The position numbers were made by a program, and so were the translations under genes. The notes beneath the pieces were generated by a model that worked only from the letters and a program-made list of their open reading frames with translations, had not been told where the DNA came from and ran no database searches. Shown here one piece after another: positions 1-7,407 of a stretch of 41,147 nucleotides of DNA (positions are counted from its first letter, which is position 1; each line of letters begins with the position of its first letter). This stretch comes from a virus. The DNA lies in the IMG/VR virus record IMGVR_UViG_3300029479_000009, positions 1 through 41,147 of that record; one strand, written 5' to 3'.

Positions 1-77
1 TTTTATCCCATGGCATCTGCTCCCTCACCCGGATGACGCCTTTTTCAAGATCAACGTTCTCCCATTTGAGCCCATTG
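1..77. repeat. Terminal overlap copy 1 (identical to 41071-41147); circular closure of the contig
   Basis: 77/77 nt identity of the two window ends read directly; the overlap lies inside the integrase ORF. Confidence 0.95.
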
Positions 78-676
78 GCTTCACTAAGACGCATCCCGGT
101 GTATTGGAAAAGCTGAGCCCAAAAGCCGCAGCCCTCTGGGTGTGCATCAATAATGATTCGCTGCTCCTCTGTGGGTTCCTCACGCTTGCCGCGTTTCATC
201 CCTGGCGGGACAGCCGACAAAGATACCGGATTTCCAGTCCCGTGGAAGTTGGCGCACCAATACCGGAAGATACAGGAAAGCACGCTGCGGGCGTTTGTGA
301 TCGTGTGCAGGCTCTTTCCGTCTACTTTCATCTTTTCCCAGTAGCCGGTAAGGGCTTGCGCGTCAATCTCCGCCATACGCATTTCCCCGAATCGCTCCAA
401 AAAAGGAGGGATGTTCTTCTGATATGCGTTGATTGTACCACGTTTGACGGGTTTCGTCGAGCTCGTAATATAATTTTTATAGGCTTCGGCCACTTCTTTA
501 AAAGTCGGCCCGGCGGCTTCCATCTCTTTTTTCTGGAGCATTGCATCCCGGGCGGCCTCATACTTTGCGACGGCTTCCGTCACGGAGTAGCCCATAAAGT
601 GCTTTGTGCTGCCGTCGGGCATCTTGCGCTTGATCTCATAGCGGCCATCTGAGCGCTTAGCCTTTTTTCTTGGCAT
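1..676 (-). CDS. int: Tyrosine integrase, N-terminal part (continues in frame at 41147..40553 across the circular junction)
   Basis: Minus-strand ORF from ATG at 676 (purine-rich RBS GGAAGGGGGAAG upstream). It overlaps the stop of 657..1265 by 20 nt. N-terminus MPRKKAKRSDGRYEIKRKMPDGS... is typical of integrase arm-binding regions. The ORF is open to position 1 and in phase with the ORF at the other window end. Confidence 0.9.
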   Translation of the reverse strand, partial: MPRKKAKRSDGRYEIKRKMPDGSTKHFMGYSVTEAVAKYEAARDAMLQKKEMEAAGPTFKEVAEAYKNYITSSTKPVKRGTINAYQKNIPPFLERFGEMRMAEIDAQALTGYWEKMKVDGKSLHTITNARSVLSCIFRYWCANFHGTGNPVSLSAVPPGMKRGKREEPTEEQRIIIDAHPEGCGFWAQLFQYTGMRLSEANGLKWENVDLEKGVIRVREQMPWDK

Positions 677-1265
677 CTTCTTCCCCCTTCCTTGTGATCG
701 AGTATGCGGCCTGATCGGCCATGGCGGCATCCTTGCCGCACTGGTGTGCCTGGTGTAAGATGTCCATTTCCGGCTGGAAGCCGTTGGGATCCGGGTCAAG
801 TCCCCGCACTCGGGCCATTTCATGGTCATTGATGATGGTGCCACAATGGCTTACCCGGTTATCCAGCGGGCAGTGCAGGTTTGCCAGCACCTCGGACAGG
901 ACGCCGATGTGATCAGACCCATGATCTCCATACCGGAGATACAAAAGGGCGTTTATCTCGTACATACTCGCTTCGTCCAAGGCCTCGTGCAGAATCTGGC
1001 GCTTCTCCGCGTCGATGGGGTCATCTTCCAGATACTCCAGCAGGCCGGGATGGCTGCAGGCGTCTATATACCGCACGGCGGACACGCCGCAGCAGGTAAA
1101 CCACTTGAGGGCCGTGGGAAGTGAGGGCGGCGTTGTCCCCTGCTCCCATGCCGCGATCGTGGGGCGGCTGACACCCATGCGCTTTGCCAGCTTCTCCTGG
1201 CTCAGCCCCGCATGTGCTCGTGCTGTTTCGAGCGCTTTTGCCATTCTCCACGAAAATTCGTCCAT
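657..1265 (-). CDS. XRE-family HTH regulator (202 aa) with an unknown C-terminal domain
   Basis: N-terminal HTH signature LSQEKLAKRMGVSRPTIAAWEQG; translationally overlapped with int. Confidence 0.7.
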   Translation of the reverse strand: MDEFSWRMAKALETARAHAGLSQEKLAKRMGVSRPTIAAWEQGTTPPSLPTALKWFTCCGVSAVRYIDACSHPGLLEYLEDDPIDAEKRQILHEALDEASMYEINALLYLRYGDHGSDHIGVLSEVLANLHCPLDNRVSHCGTIINDHEMARVRGLDPDPNGFQPEMDILHQAHQCGKDAAMADQAAYSITRKGEEDAKKKG

Positions 1266-1298
1266 TCTGCTTCACCTCGATTCTTGAAATTCACAAAA

Positions 1299-1317
1299 AT
1301 TACCTTAAAATGGTAAT
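1299..1317. promoter_or_regulatory. Candidate operator: inverted repeat ATTACC-N7-GGTAAT in a divergent intergenic region
   Basis: attaccttaaaatggtaat read directly. It lies between the minus-strand XRE gene and the plus-strand small ORFs. An AT-rich promoter-like tract follows. Confidence 0.35.
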
Positions 1318-1382
1318 ATTATTTTTACATTCCACCATGGTATAACATTATTGTAAAAAAAAGCCATGATGGAGGTGCAAAA

Positions 1383-1499
1383 ATGCTGATTCCTGCAAAA
1401 AATGTCCGTGAGCTCCCCGATGATATGGACATCATCGACGGTATGCCCGCAAGCCGCCCCAGCAGCCCCGACAGGAGCCGCAGACCATGGGAGGGCTGA
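1383..1499 (+). CDS. Small hypothetical protein (38 aa), below the ORF-track cutoff
   Basis: GGAGGTG RBS 6 nt before the ATG; translation MLIPAKNVRELPDDMDIIDG...; stop overlaps the RBS of the next ORF. Confidence 0.3.
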   Translation: MLIPAKNVRELPDDMDIIDGMPASRPSSPDRSRRPWEG

Positions 1500-1502
1500 G
1501 AT

Positions 1503-1718
1503 ATGGCACACGATCGGAAAACGCTTCTCCCCATGCTCTCCGGCTTTGCAGAGCACACCGCGCTGGCGCTGGTGTACCATCTGGCCCCGCACAGCGTGGG
1601 ACCGGAGGTATACGCGAACGCCGCCCGCATTTTACAGCGAGCGGCGGAAGACCAGGCCGCAGGGCGTGACCCCCGGGCGCATGTAAAATGCGTGAACGGC
1701 AAAATGATTGAGATTTAG
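1503..1718 (+). CDS. Hypothetical protein (71 aa)
   Basis: ORF track entry; GGGAGGG RBS just upstream; no recognisable motif. Confidence 0.4.
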   Translation: MAHDRKTLLPMLSGFAEHTALALVYHLAPHSVGPEVYANAARILQRAAEDQAAGRDPRAHVKCVNGKMIEI

Positions 1719-1755
1719 TTTTTGAATCTTAAAATTTTATTTTTGGAGGTACATT

Positions 1756-2001
1756 ATGGATTTCAACAACATTTTCAAACCGGATGAAGCACTGCCGGAG
1801 GCTGTGGCCGACGTTGAGCGCTGGCTCAAAGAGATGGAGAGCCGGGGCCTGACTGTGACGGACCTCAACAAGCGCGTCCAGATCATGCAGGCCGTTTCTA
1901 CCAAGCTGTCCAACACCGCAAAAATTGAGACAGGAAAACTCGATGTCAAACAAGTCTATGAGAATGCCTTTCCCTTTCGCCCAGGCTTTGTCGGGGTTTG
2001 A
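1756..2001 (+). CDS. Hypothetical protein (81 aa)
   Basis: ORF track entry; TTGGAGG RBS upstream; followed by a hairpin terminator. Confidence 0.5.
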   Translation: MDFNNIFKPDEALPEAVADVERWLKEMESRGLTVTDLNKRVQIMQAVSTKLSNTAKIETGKLDVKQVYENAFPFRPGFVGV

Positions 2002-2080
2002 CGGCGTGCCGGAGTGGGCGAAAATCACTTGTGGGGTTCTTGCTTCTCCGGCTTTTAAAAACCGTCTCCTGTAACCCTGT

Positions 2081-2110
2081 CCCCGTCGTCACCCGGCGGC
2101 GGGGCTTTTA
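2081..2110 (+). terminator. Rho-independent terminator candidate for 1756..2001
   Basis: Stem ccccgtcg/cggcgggg (one G-U pair), 8-nt loop, then cttttat. Confidence 0.5.
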
Positions 2111-3334
2111 TGTGTCCACTGTGGACACCCCGGCTGGCTGTTCAAGCATCTTCATAAATGCGTCGCCAGATATAATTTTTATATTTGCGCCGTCTGAATT
2201 CAATTTTTCTACTTTTTTCTGTTCGCCTGATTTTTTCCCGTATTCATAAGCCCATTCTTTTGAGCGAGTTCCACATACCAAGATATCAAGGGTTGGGCTT
2301 ATCGTTGACCGGACAACAGCCCCCAAAGCAGAAGCCTTTTCAAAAGCCTGCTGCCGTGAAATTGGAAGTTCATCTGCAAATGCGATTTTTTTACCATAAA
2401 GAGCATTTGACGGGTCTGCGTCCTTACTGGGTTTGTAGATGTTCTTGAAGCTTTTATCGGCGTTTCTCTTTTTTCGCTCTTTTTCAAAAATAGCATCTTT
2501 TTCTTTGAAAAAATTGTATAGCGCCAAGATGGCTTTTGTATCTTCCAAAGAGTTGTCATAGTCATAAGTAAGCCCGATTTGACGGGCAGCTATTTCAAGC
2601 GTTGTCCACTTCGGATTTTCAATGCCGTTTGCTGTGTTGTATCTTCGCAGACGGTATACAGGCGAATCCATGTGAATCTTTTCCATGTCAAATTTGTACT
2701 TTTCCAAGAAGTCATATACAAAATTGTAATCAAAGGTTATTACCAGCTTGGTACGATTGAAAATATCTTGTACATATGGCTTTACTTCCGAAAAGCATGG
2801 ACAATCTTTCACCAAGCTATATGGAATTGCATTGACACTATAAGCCCTGATCCACTCGGTTTTTCTTCTTGGCTTGCAGTACTGGTCAATCAGGACATTT
2901 CCGCTTGGGTCTATGATGGAGATTTGCAAAATATCGTTGTTGCTTACATACTGCCGCTCATAGCTTGTGGCTTCGACGTCCAGCACCACAAAATCATAGT
3001 GGGCGTTTTCGGCTTCTCGCTTTTCCATTTGCCGCTGGAGCTCATCAAGATAATCTTGCGGCATTTTTCCCGGTATCGGCTTCGGCTCTTCTTTTTGAGG
3101 CTGAGCCGACAGAGAGGAAACCTGAGCAGTTTGCGCTTGTGCTTCACAGATAATTTTGCTGATTTCATCCTCTTCGTTGCTCTGACTGGAAGATTCAAAA
3201 GAATTTGAAAATATTTTTTGATTCTTTTTCCGAATTTCTTGATATTTTGCTTTTTCTTCTGCTTCTTTTTGCTTTTTGCGCTGAAAATGCCAAATCACAG
3301 CGATTGCAACAACCAAAATCAATAATAAGCCCAT
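2108..3334 (-). CDS. Membrane-anchored DnaQ-like (DEDD) exonuclease fused to a C-terminal BRCT-like domain (408 aa)
   Basis: N-terminal hydrophobic helix GLLLILVVAIAVIW, followed by a charged linker. Exonuclease motifs are VVLDVEAT and ITFDYNFVYDFL, plus a degenerate ExoIII region YDNSLEDTKAIL. The BRCT-like tail reads GKKIAFADELPISRQQAFEKASALGAVV...LDILVCG. The region is visibly AT-rich. Confidence 0.6.
   Translation of the reverse strand: MGLLLILVVAIAVIWHFQRKKQKEAEEKAKYQEIRKKNQKIFSNSFESSSQSNEEDEISKIICEAQAQTAQVSSLSAQPQKEEPKPIPGKMPQDYLDELQRQMEKREAENAHYDFVVLDVEATSYERQYVSNNDILQISIIDPSGNVLIDQYCKPRRKTEWIRAYSVNAIPYSLVKDCPCFSEVKPYVQDIFNRTKLVITFDYNFVYDFLEKYKFDMEKIHMDSPVYRLRRYNTANGIENPKWTTLEIAARQIGLTYDYDNSLEDTKAILALYNFFKEKDAIFEKERKKRNADKSFKNIYKPSKDADPSNALYGKKIAFADELPISRQQAFEKASALGAVVRSTISPTLDILVCGTRSKEWAYEYGKKSGEQKKVEKLNSDGANIKIISGDAFMKMLEQPAGVSTVDT
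2112..2128. repeat. Dispersed palindrome copy 1: GTGTCCAC-T-GTGGACAC
   Basis: Perfect 8+1+8 palindrome. It overlaps the last codons (VSTVDT) of the minus-strand gene 2108..3334. Confidence 0.9.
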
Positions 3335-3353
3335 GGCAATCCCCCCGGCGGGC

Positions 3354-4193
3354 TCAAAACGCCAGCCTTACAAACTTTGTGCCCTGCTTATGGCTTTCCA
3401 TGCCAGCCAGAGCACGGGCGCGGACAGTGGGAGACGCGGCCTGCAAGGACTCATAAGCATCAAAAACTCGGGTGATGGCCACACGGTCATTCTGATAGCT
3501 GTCCATGTGGTAGTCCAGCAGCGTGCCGTTTCCCTTAAAGCGGAAAGTGGCCTTTTTAGCGGTGCAAGCCTTTTTCAGGATTTCGATTTCACCCGGCTCT
3601 GCGATGTCGTCACCGTACTCCCAGACATAGGCTCCGGAGCCGAGGGAGTCGATGACGGTCTTTTGGATGATCTTGTCTTTGCTCACCGCACGGCGGTAGG
3701 TCTCGCCGTCCACGTTGTAGATGATCTGGTCAAAGAAAATCCAGTTTTTCCCATAGTAGTCATACATCAGGCGGATGGGCTGGAGGTCACCACCCACCGA
3801 ACAGAAGTAAGGCAGGATGAAAATGGTCTGATCCGTGGCCGGGAATCCTTTCCAAAAGTAAAAATCCACATTTTCCACTTCGTCGTGCTCTTTGTAAAGC
3901 TCCGAGTTGAGCTTCTCGATCAGGGCGTTGACCTGCAAATCTTCCAGCGCCTGCTGGGCCGCTGCCAGAGTGCCGACATTGGAAACCATCTGCTGCTGTG
4001 CGGCGGGCAGGGACGCATAAGCCCCCTGTGCGTTGGCAATGGCCGTGGCACTGTCCAGCGTGACCGCGCCGATCTGGTTGATCTGTGCTTCTACCTCTTC
4101 CGGGGTAGCCGCAAAAGCAAGAGGGCAAAAAGTGACAGCAGCCGCGAGGCTCAGGCCTACCGCAGCCACCCGGCACTTTTCCGCAATTTTCAC
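3354..4193 (-). CDS. Secreted protein of unknown function (start moved to GTG 4193)
   Basis: From the GTG start the N-terminus is (M)KIAEKCRVAAVGLSLAAAVTFCPLAFA/ATPEE, a classic signal peptide. An AAAGGGGAA RBS precedes the GTG. The track ATG at 4226 has no RBS. Confidence 0.6.
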   Translation of the reverse strand: MKIAEKCRVAAVGLSLAAAVTFCPLAFAATPEEVEAQINQIGAVTLDSATAIANAQGAYASLPAAQQQMVSNVGTLAAAQQALEDLQVNALIEKLNSELYKEHDEVENVDFYFWKGFPATDQTIFILPYFCSVGGDLQPIRLMYDYYGKNWIFFDQIIYNVDGETYRRAVSKDKIIQKTVIDSLGSGAYVWEYGDDIAEPGEIEILKKACTAKKATFRFKGNGTLLDYHMDSYQNDRVAITRVFDAYESLQAASPTVRARALAGMESHKQGTKFVRLAF

Positions 4194-4284
4194 GTTAAAT
4201 TCCCCTTTTCTATTGATTTTTCTCATTATCGGTTGTATTATAAAGCCAGCAAATACAACAATTAGGTGTAAAGGAGTGTTTCAG

Positions 4285-4395
4285 ATGACAGTTGAAGAGT
4301 TCATGGCCTTTTTTTATGAGCATCCCGAGCTTGTGAAGCAGGCCCTTAAAATGCTGCATGAGGAAGAGGCCCGCAAACTCCCCGCTGCCATTTGA
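4285..4395 (+). CDS. Small hypothetical protein (36 aa)
   Basis: AAAGGAG RBS 7 nt upstream of the ATG; translation MTVEEFMAFFYEHPELVKQALKML...; short, no homology recognised. Confidence 0.3.
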   Translation: MTVEEFMAFFYEHPELVKQALKMLHEEEARKLPAAI

Positions 4396-4397
4396 TC

Positions 4398-4721
4398 TTA
4401 CTTTTTGGAGTTGGATTTCAGCAGCGTGATAAACGCTTTGCGTTCATCCGGGCCCATCTTCTGAGCATACTCTAAAATCTCTTTCATATCCTCCGTGAGC
4501 TCGCCATCCCCGGCGGGCTCTTTTTTTGTGCCCATGAGCTCTTCCACCGTGATGCCAAAGTAGTCCGCAATCTTTTTGCGGTTTTTCATCAATGGAAGAG
4601 AGCCATTTTTCCAACTTGTTGGCATTGAGTTGGAAAGCCCTAACTCTTCAACCACTGTGGCGGGTGATTTTTGAACTTTTGCACATTGAACTTGAAAATT
4701 TTCCCAAAACAAAATTATCAC
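4398..4721 (-). CDS. CI-like XRE-family repressor (107 aa)
   Basis: HTH region SPATVVEELGLSNSMPTSWKNG...IADYFGITVEELMG. The gene is divergent from the operator-rich promoter region. GTG start; the start codon is uncertain. Confidence 0.7.
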   Translation of the reverse strand: MIILFWENFQVQCAKVQKSPATVVEELGLSNSMPTSWKNGSLPLMKNRKKIADYFGITVEELMGTKKEPAGDGELTEDMKEILEYAQKMGPDERKAFITLLKSNSKK

Positions 4722-4743
4722 CTACTTTTTGTTAATTGTGCCG

Positions 4744-4798
4744 AAATCTAGATTTTTCTAGTTTTTGTATTGAAATCTAGATAAATCTAGATTATAAT
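4744..4798 (+). promoter_or_regulatory. Early rightward promoter (TTGAAA-17-TATAAT) overlapped by ATCTAGAT operators
   Basis: AAATCTAGATTT at 4744-4755, a TCTAG half-site near 4757, and ATCTAGAT at 4774-4781 and 4785-4792. -35 TTGAAA at 4770-4775 and -10 TATAAT at 4793-4798, with a 17-nt spacer. Confidence 0.7.
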
Positions 4799-5099
4799 AA
4801 GAATGTCCTCAAGGGGTTGGTTCCTTTCTCCCCTTTGGGGATGCATGGAATCTACCGAACCTCCTACAAGGTGTGTGCTTTGCTCTCACAGGCAACGGAT
4901 TCCCCAAAATCAGGAAGCTCCCCAATGCGCGTGCGGGGCTTCCGCACAAAGACCGGCGGCGAGCCGCTCTTTGTGGTGACATTGCCGGGTTGAAGAAATG
5001 TGTATTATGTTGTCTGCATCACCATTTTACACTTTTTCTCACCGCTTGGCAATGTTTTTAACCCCTTTATTTGTAATTTTTAACAAGGCGGTGGAAAAC

Positions 5100-5306
5100 A
5101 TGGCGCGTACCAAGCGTGTCTTAGACGAAGACTTCCGCACCTGGAAAGGCCGGGCGGAACAAAAAAAAGTGGAGCTCCAGCTCACCAACCGGGCGCTGGC
5201 GCTCCGGGCGGGCCTTTCTTTATCGCAGGTGAACCAGTACATGGGCGGCACCTACCCCAACGACAACCCCCGGGAGCCCATCGAGCGGGCCCTGGGCATG
5301 AGGTGA
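5100..5306 (+). CDS. Cro-like small HTH protein (68 aa)
   Basis: Internal ATG of ORF 4998..5306 with RBS AAGGCGGTGGA; HTH-like LTNRALALRAGLSLSQVNQYMGG. Confidence 0.6.
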   Translation: MARTKRVLDEDFRTWKGRAEQKKVELQLTNRALALRAGLSLSQVNQYMGGTYPNDNPREPIERALGMR

Positions 5307-5310
5307 CAGC

Positions 5311-5487
5311 ATGAGCAGAACAGCCATTTTTGCCTGCTTCATGTGCTTTGTGGCAGGCGGGTGCCTGAGCGTCCTTGTGATGATCGGTGCCCACAACCGT
5401 GACCGCCGTGTGCTGGCGGGCTGGGTGACGTATTTACTTGTGGTTCTGGCTTTGGCCTACAAGATCGGAGGTGCGCTTCTCTTATGA
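5311..5487 (+). CDS. Small membrane protein (58 aa), below the ORF-track cutoff
   Basis: GAGGTGA RBS. Translation MSRTAIFACFMCFVAGGCLSVLVMIGAH...VTYLLVVLALAYKIGGALLL has two hydrophobic segments. ATGA overlap with the next ORF. Confidence 0.45.
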   Translation: MSRTAIFACFMCFVAGGCLSVLVMIGAHNRDRRVLAGWVTYLLVVLALAYKIGGALLL

Positions 5488-5705
5488 GCGGAACGATTTT
5501 TATTTTTGCCGACCTGATGGAGCTGGCAGGCCGGGACGCCTGGCACGCTGCCTGCACCGAGAAGCTGGCGCTTCTCTTCCTCATCACCCCGCTGGTCATC
5601 GGTGCCCCGTACCTGCTGGCCCAGTGGGACAGGTTCAAGCGGGCCGACAACGCCCGGCGCCGTGCCGCCCAGAAGCGGCGGATGGAGAGGATGGTGCAGC
5701 GGTGA
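5484..5705 (+). CDS. Small membrane protein (73 aa)
   Basis: ORF track entry; hydrophobic segment LALLFLITPLVIGAPYLLA; overlapping start/stop with its neighbours. Confidence 0.45.
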   Translation: MSGTIFIFADLMELAGRDAWHAACTEKLALLFLITPLVIGAPYLLAQWDRFKRADNARRRAAQKRRMERMVQR

Positions 5706-5992
5706 GCTATTACATCGTAAAGCAGAAGCAGTGCGAGCTTTGCGGGGCCACCATGAAAAACGTGGGCTGCACCCGCAAGTATTGCGACACCTGTTTAAAG
5801 GATTTGCGCTCCAAGCAGGCCGATGAGCACAACAAAAAGCAGCGGGAAGAGCGCAAGAAGACGCTTCTCCCGCAGGGGAAATCCATTGCCGACGTCTGTG
5901 CCCGGGCGGAGGCAGCGGGCCGGACATACGGCCAGCAGGTGGAGTTTGAGCGGCGGAGAAAGGAGCTGGAAGACCGTGGCGAGAAAGCTTAG
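5702..5992 (+). CDS. Zinc-ribbon-like small protein (96 aa)
   Basis: GTG start overlapping the upstream stop (GTGA); CELCG...CDTC cysteine pairs followed by a basic/acidic tail. Confidence 0.45.
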   Translation: MSYYIVKQKQCELCGATMKNVGCTRKYCDTCLKDLRSKQADEHNKKQREERKKTLLPQGKSIADVCARAEAAGRTYGQQVEFERRRKELEDRGEKA

Positions 5993-6218
5993 AAACGAGA
6001 TCTGGGAGATGTCCTACCGGAGTCTTTTGGAAAAGTACGGCACCCTCTCCCCCAGCGTAGAACAGGCCGCTCTCATCACCGGGGCCACCAAGGACAACGT
6101 AGCCAAAAAATTCCCGGACGGCTGGAGCGGCGAGGGACGCGGCAAGACCATCAATCTGGGCCTGCTGCTGGATCAGTATTTTGTGAGCCTGGGAAGCGGA
6201 ATCTTCCCGGAGAAATGA
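5976..6218 (+). CDS. Small putative DNA-binding protein (about 80 aa; excisionase-like is a guess)
   Basis: GTG with AAGGAG upstream; segment SPSVEQAALITGATKDNVAKKF resembles an HTH; start uncertain (alternative ATG at 6021). Confidence 0.35.
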   Translation: MARKLRNEIWEMSYRSLLEKYGTLSPSVEQAALITGATKDNVAKKFPDGWSGEGRGKTINLGLLLDQYFVSLGSGIFPEK

Positions 6219-6228
6219 GAGGTTGAGG

Positions 6229-6501
6229 ATGAAACGAATCAGCGTCACTTACACTTCCCATAAGGATTTCCGCACTGCCTGCAAAGAGCCTTTCACGAAG
6301 ACGTTCACCATCGACGACGATCAGGCGGCGGCCCTGCTGCTGGAGCTGAACCAGCGGGCTCCGTTCACCGCACGGGAAGCGCTTTTCATGGGTTCCCGCG
6401 CCAATGCCCTCTCCCGGCTGCTGCGGAATCTCGAAGAACTTCAAGGGCGGTTGATGGTGGAAAGCGACAAGATTTTGAAAATCACGGAGGCCGAAAGATG
6501 A
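6229..6501 (+). CDS. Hypothetical protein (90 aa), paralog of 6498..6752
   Basis: GAGAGG..GAGG RBS; MKRISVTYTSHKDFR...ESDKILKITEAE parallels the next ORF. Confidence 0.5.
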   Translation: MKRISVTYTSHKDFRTACKEPFTKTFTIDDDQAAALLLELNQRAPFTAREALFMGSRANALSRLLRNLEELQGRLMVESDKILKITEAER

Positions 6502-6752
6502 AGAAAGTTCACGTTCACTACACGTTCCACTATGGCCGGAAAGATATCCGGGCCGATGAAGCTGATTTTTCCTTTGATGCAGAAGATGCTGTGGCGGATG
6601 AGCTGCTGGAAGTCTCCACGCCGTTTTACTTTGACGATTTCCGAAAGACCCGCCGCCAGATGCATCTAGCGGAGATTACATACTGGCACGCCGCCATGCA
6701 TGACCACTACATCATGAAAAGCGATAAAATTTTGGAAGTTTCACCCGAGTGA
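6498..6752 (+). CDS. Hypothetical protein (84 aa), paralog of 6229..6501
   Basis: MKKVHVHYTFHYGRKDIR...KSDKILEVSPE; ATGA overlap with the upstream paralog. Confidence 0.5.
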   Translation: MKKVHVHYTFHYGRKDIRADEADFSFDAEDAVADELLEVSTPFYFDDFRKTRRQMHLAEITYWHAAMHDHYIMKSDKILEVSPE

Positions 6753-6782
6753 GCATGGACGAAGAAGTGCTCTAAAGGCTCC

Positions 6783-6817
6783 ACTGGCGGCAGGAGGATA
6801 AAAAAGAGCCGCTGCCA
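6783..6817 (+). repeat. Repeated hairpin element, partial copy A
   Basis: cacTGGCGGCaggaggataaaaaagaGCCGCTGCCA: stem GGCGGC/GCCGCT with a loop containing AGGAGGA. Confidence 0.6.
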
Positions 6818-6950
6818 TCCCCCTTGAGACACTGCTATCAACCGACTTTCCCACGACACTGGGCGGGCCGCATGTTGGGTACTCTCATCGTGACAAGATG
6901 CATGGATTGGGACCATGCGGGACACTGGCGGGCCTTGAGTAGCCAGCCCA

Positions 6951-7026
6951 CCAATGGCGGCAGGTGGTAAAACAAAAGCCGCTGCCAGCGCAAAAGCGCG
7001 AAATAGTTTGAAACAAAAAATGGAGG
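6951..7026 (+). repeat. Repeated structured element, copy B, immediately upstream of gene 7036
   Basis: About 75 nt alignable to 7730-7800. Hairpin 1 is GGCGGC/GCCGCT (6956-6983), hairpin 2 is GCGC-AAAA-GCGC (6988-6999), followed by an A/T tract and the RBS. Confidence 0.65.
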
Positions 7027-7035
7027 TACTGCATA

Positions 7036-7407
7036 ATGGAGAAAGACAAAATCATTGTTGACGGAGTGGAATATGTTCGTGCTGACAGCATTCAGAACAA
7101 CGCTCTGGCGACCAAACTCAATGGGATGCCCTACTGCATGGTCCGCACTTTCAGCGCTGGCGTATTTGCTGGGTATCTTGAGAGCCGCAAGGGCAAGGAG
7201 GCAACCCTTCGCAATGCTCGCCGGATCTGGTATTGGGATGGCGCTGCAAGTCTGTCTCAGCTGGCCACGGATGGAACCAGCAAGCCGGAAAACTGCAAGT
7301 TCCCGTGCCCGGTTGATAGTGTAATGCTGACCGAAGTGATCGAAATCATTCCCATCACCAAAAAGGCCAAAAAGAGTATTGAGGAGGTTGCCGTGTGGAA
7401 AATGTAA
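7036..7407 (+). CDS. Conserved-looking hypothetical protein (123 aa)
   Basis: TGGAGG RBS; translation ...SAGVFAGYLESRKGKEATLRNARRIWYWDGAASLSQLA...; function not recognised. Confidence 0.6.
   Translation: MEKDKIIVDGVEYVRADSIQNNALATKLNGMPYCMVRTFSAGVFAGYLESRKGKEATLRNARRIWYWDGAASLSQLATDGTSKPENCKFPCPVDSVMLTEVIEIIPITKKAKKSIEEVAVWKM

Noticed and set aside
1-77. The 77-bp end repeat as a physical direct terminal repeat of the virion DNA
   Set aside because: It falls in the middle of the integrase ORF, and the genome has HNH/cos-type packaging genes. An exact short overlap is better explained by circular assembly closure. Read data would be needed to be certain.
104-652. Plus-strand ORF of 182 aa at the left edge
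   Set aside because: It is antisense to the integrase N-terminal coding region, which has clear recombinase-like sequence. It has no RBS, and its product is Cys/His/Phe-rich nonsense typical of a shadow ORF in GC-rich DNA.
5457-6248. Minus-strand ORF of 263 aa, and similar ORFs (7722..8315, 8595..9269, 11614..12606, 12461..13120, 16407..17162, 17800..18768) in the early and packaging regions
   Set aside because: They are antisense to tightly packed, RBS-preceded plus-strand genes (including parA, parB and terL) and have low-complexity Pro/Arg/Gly-rich translations.
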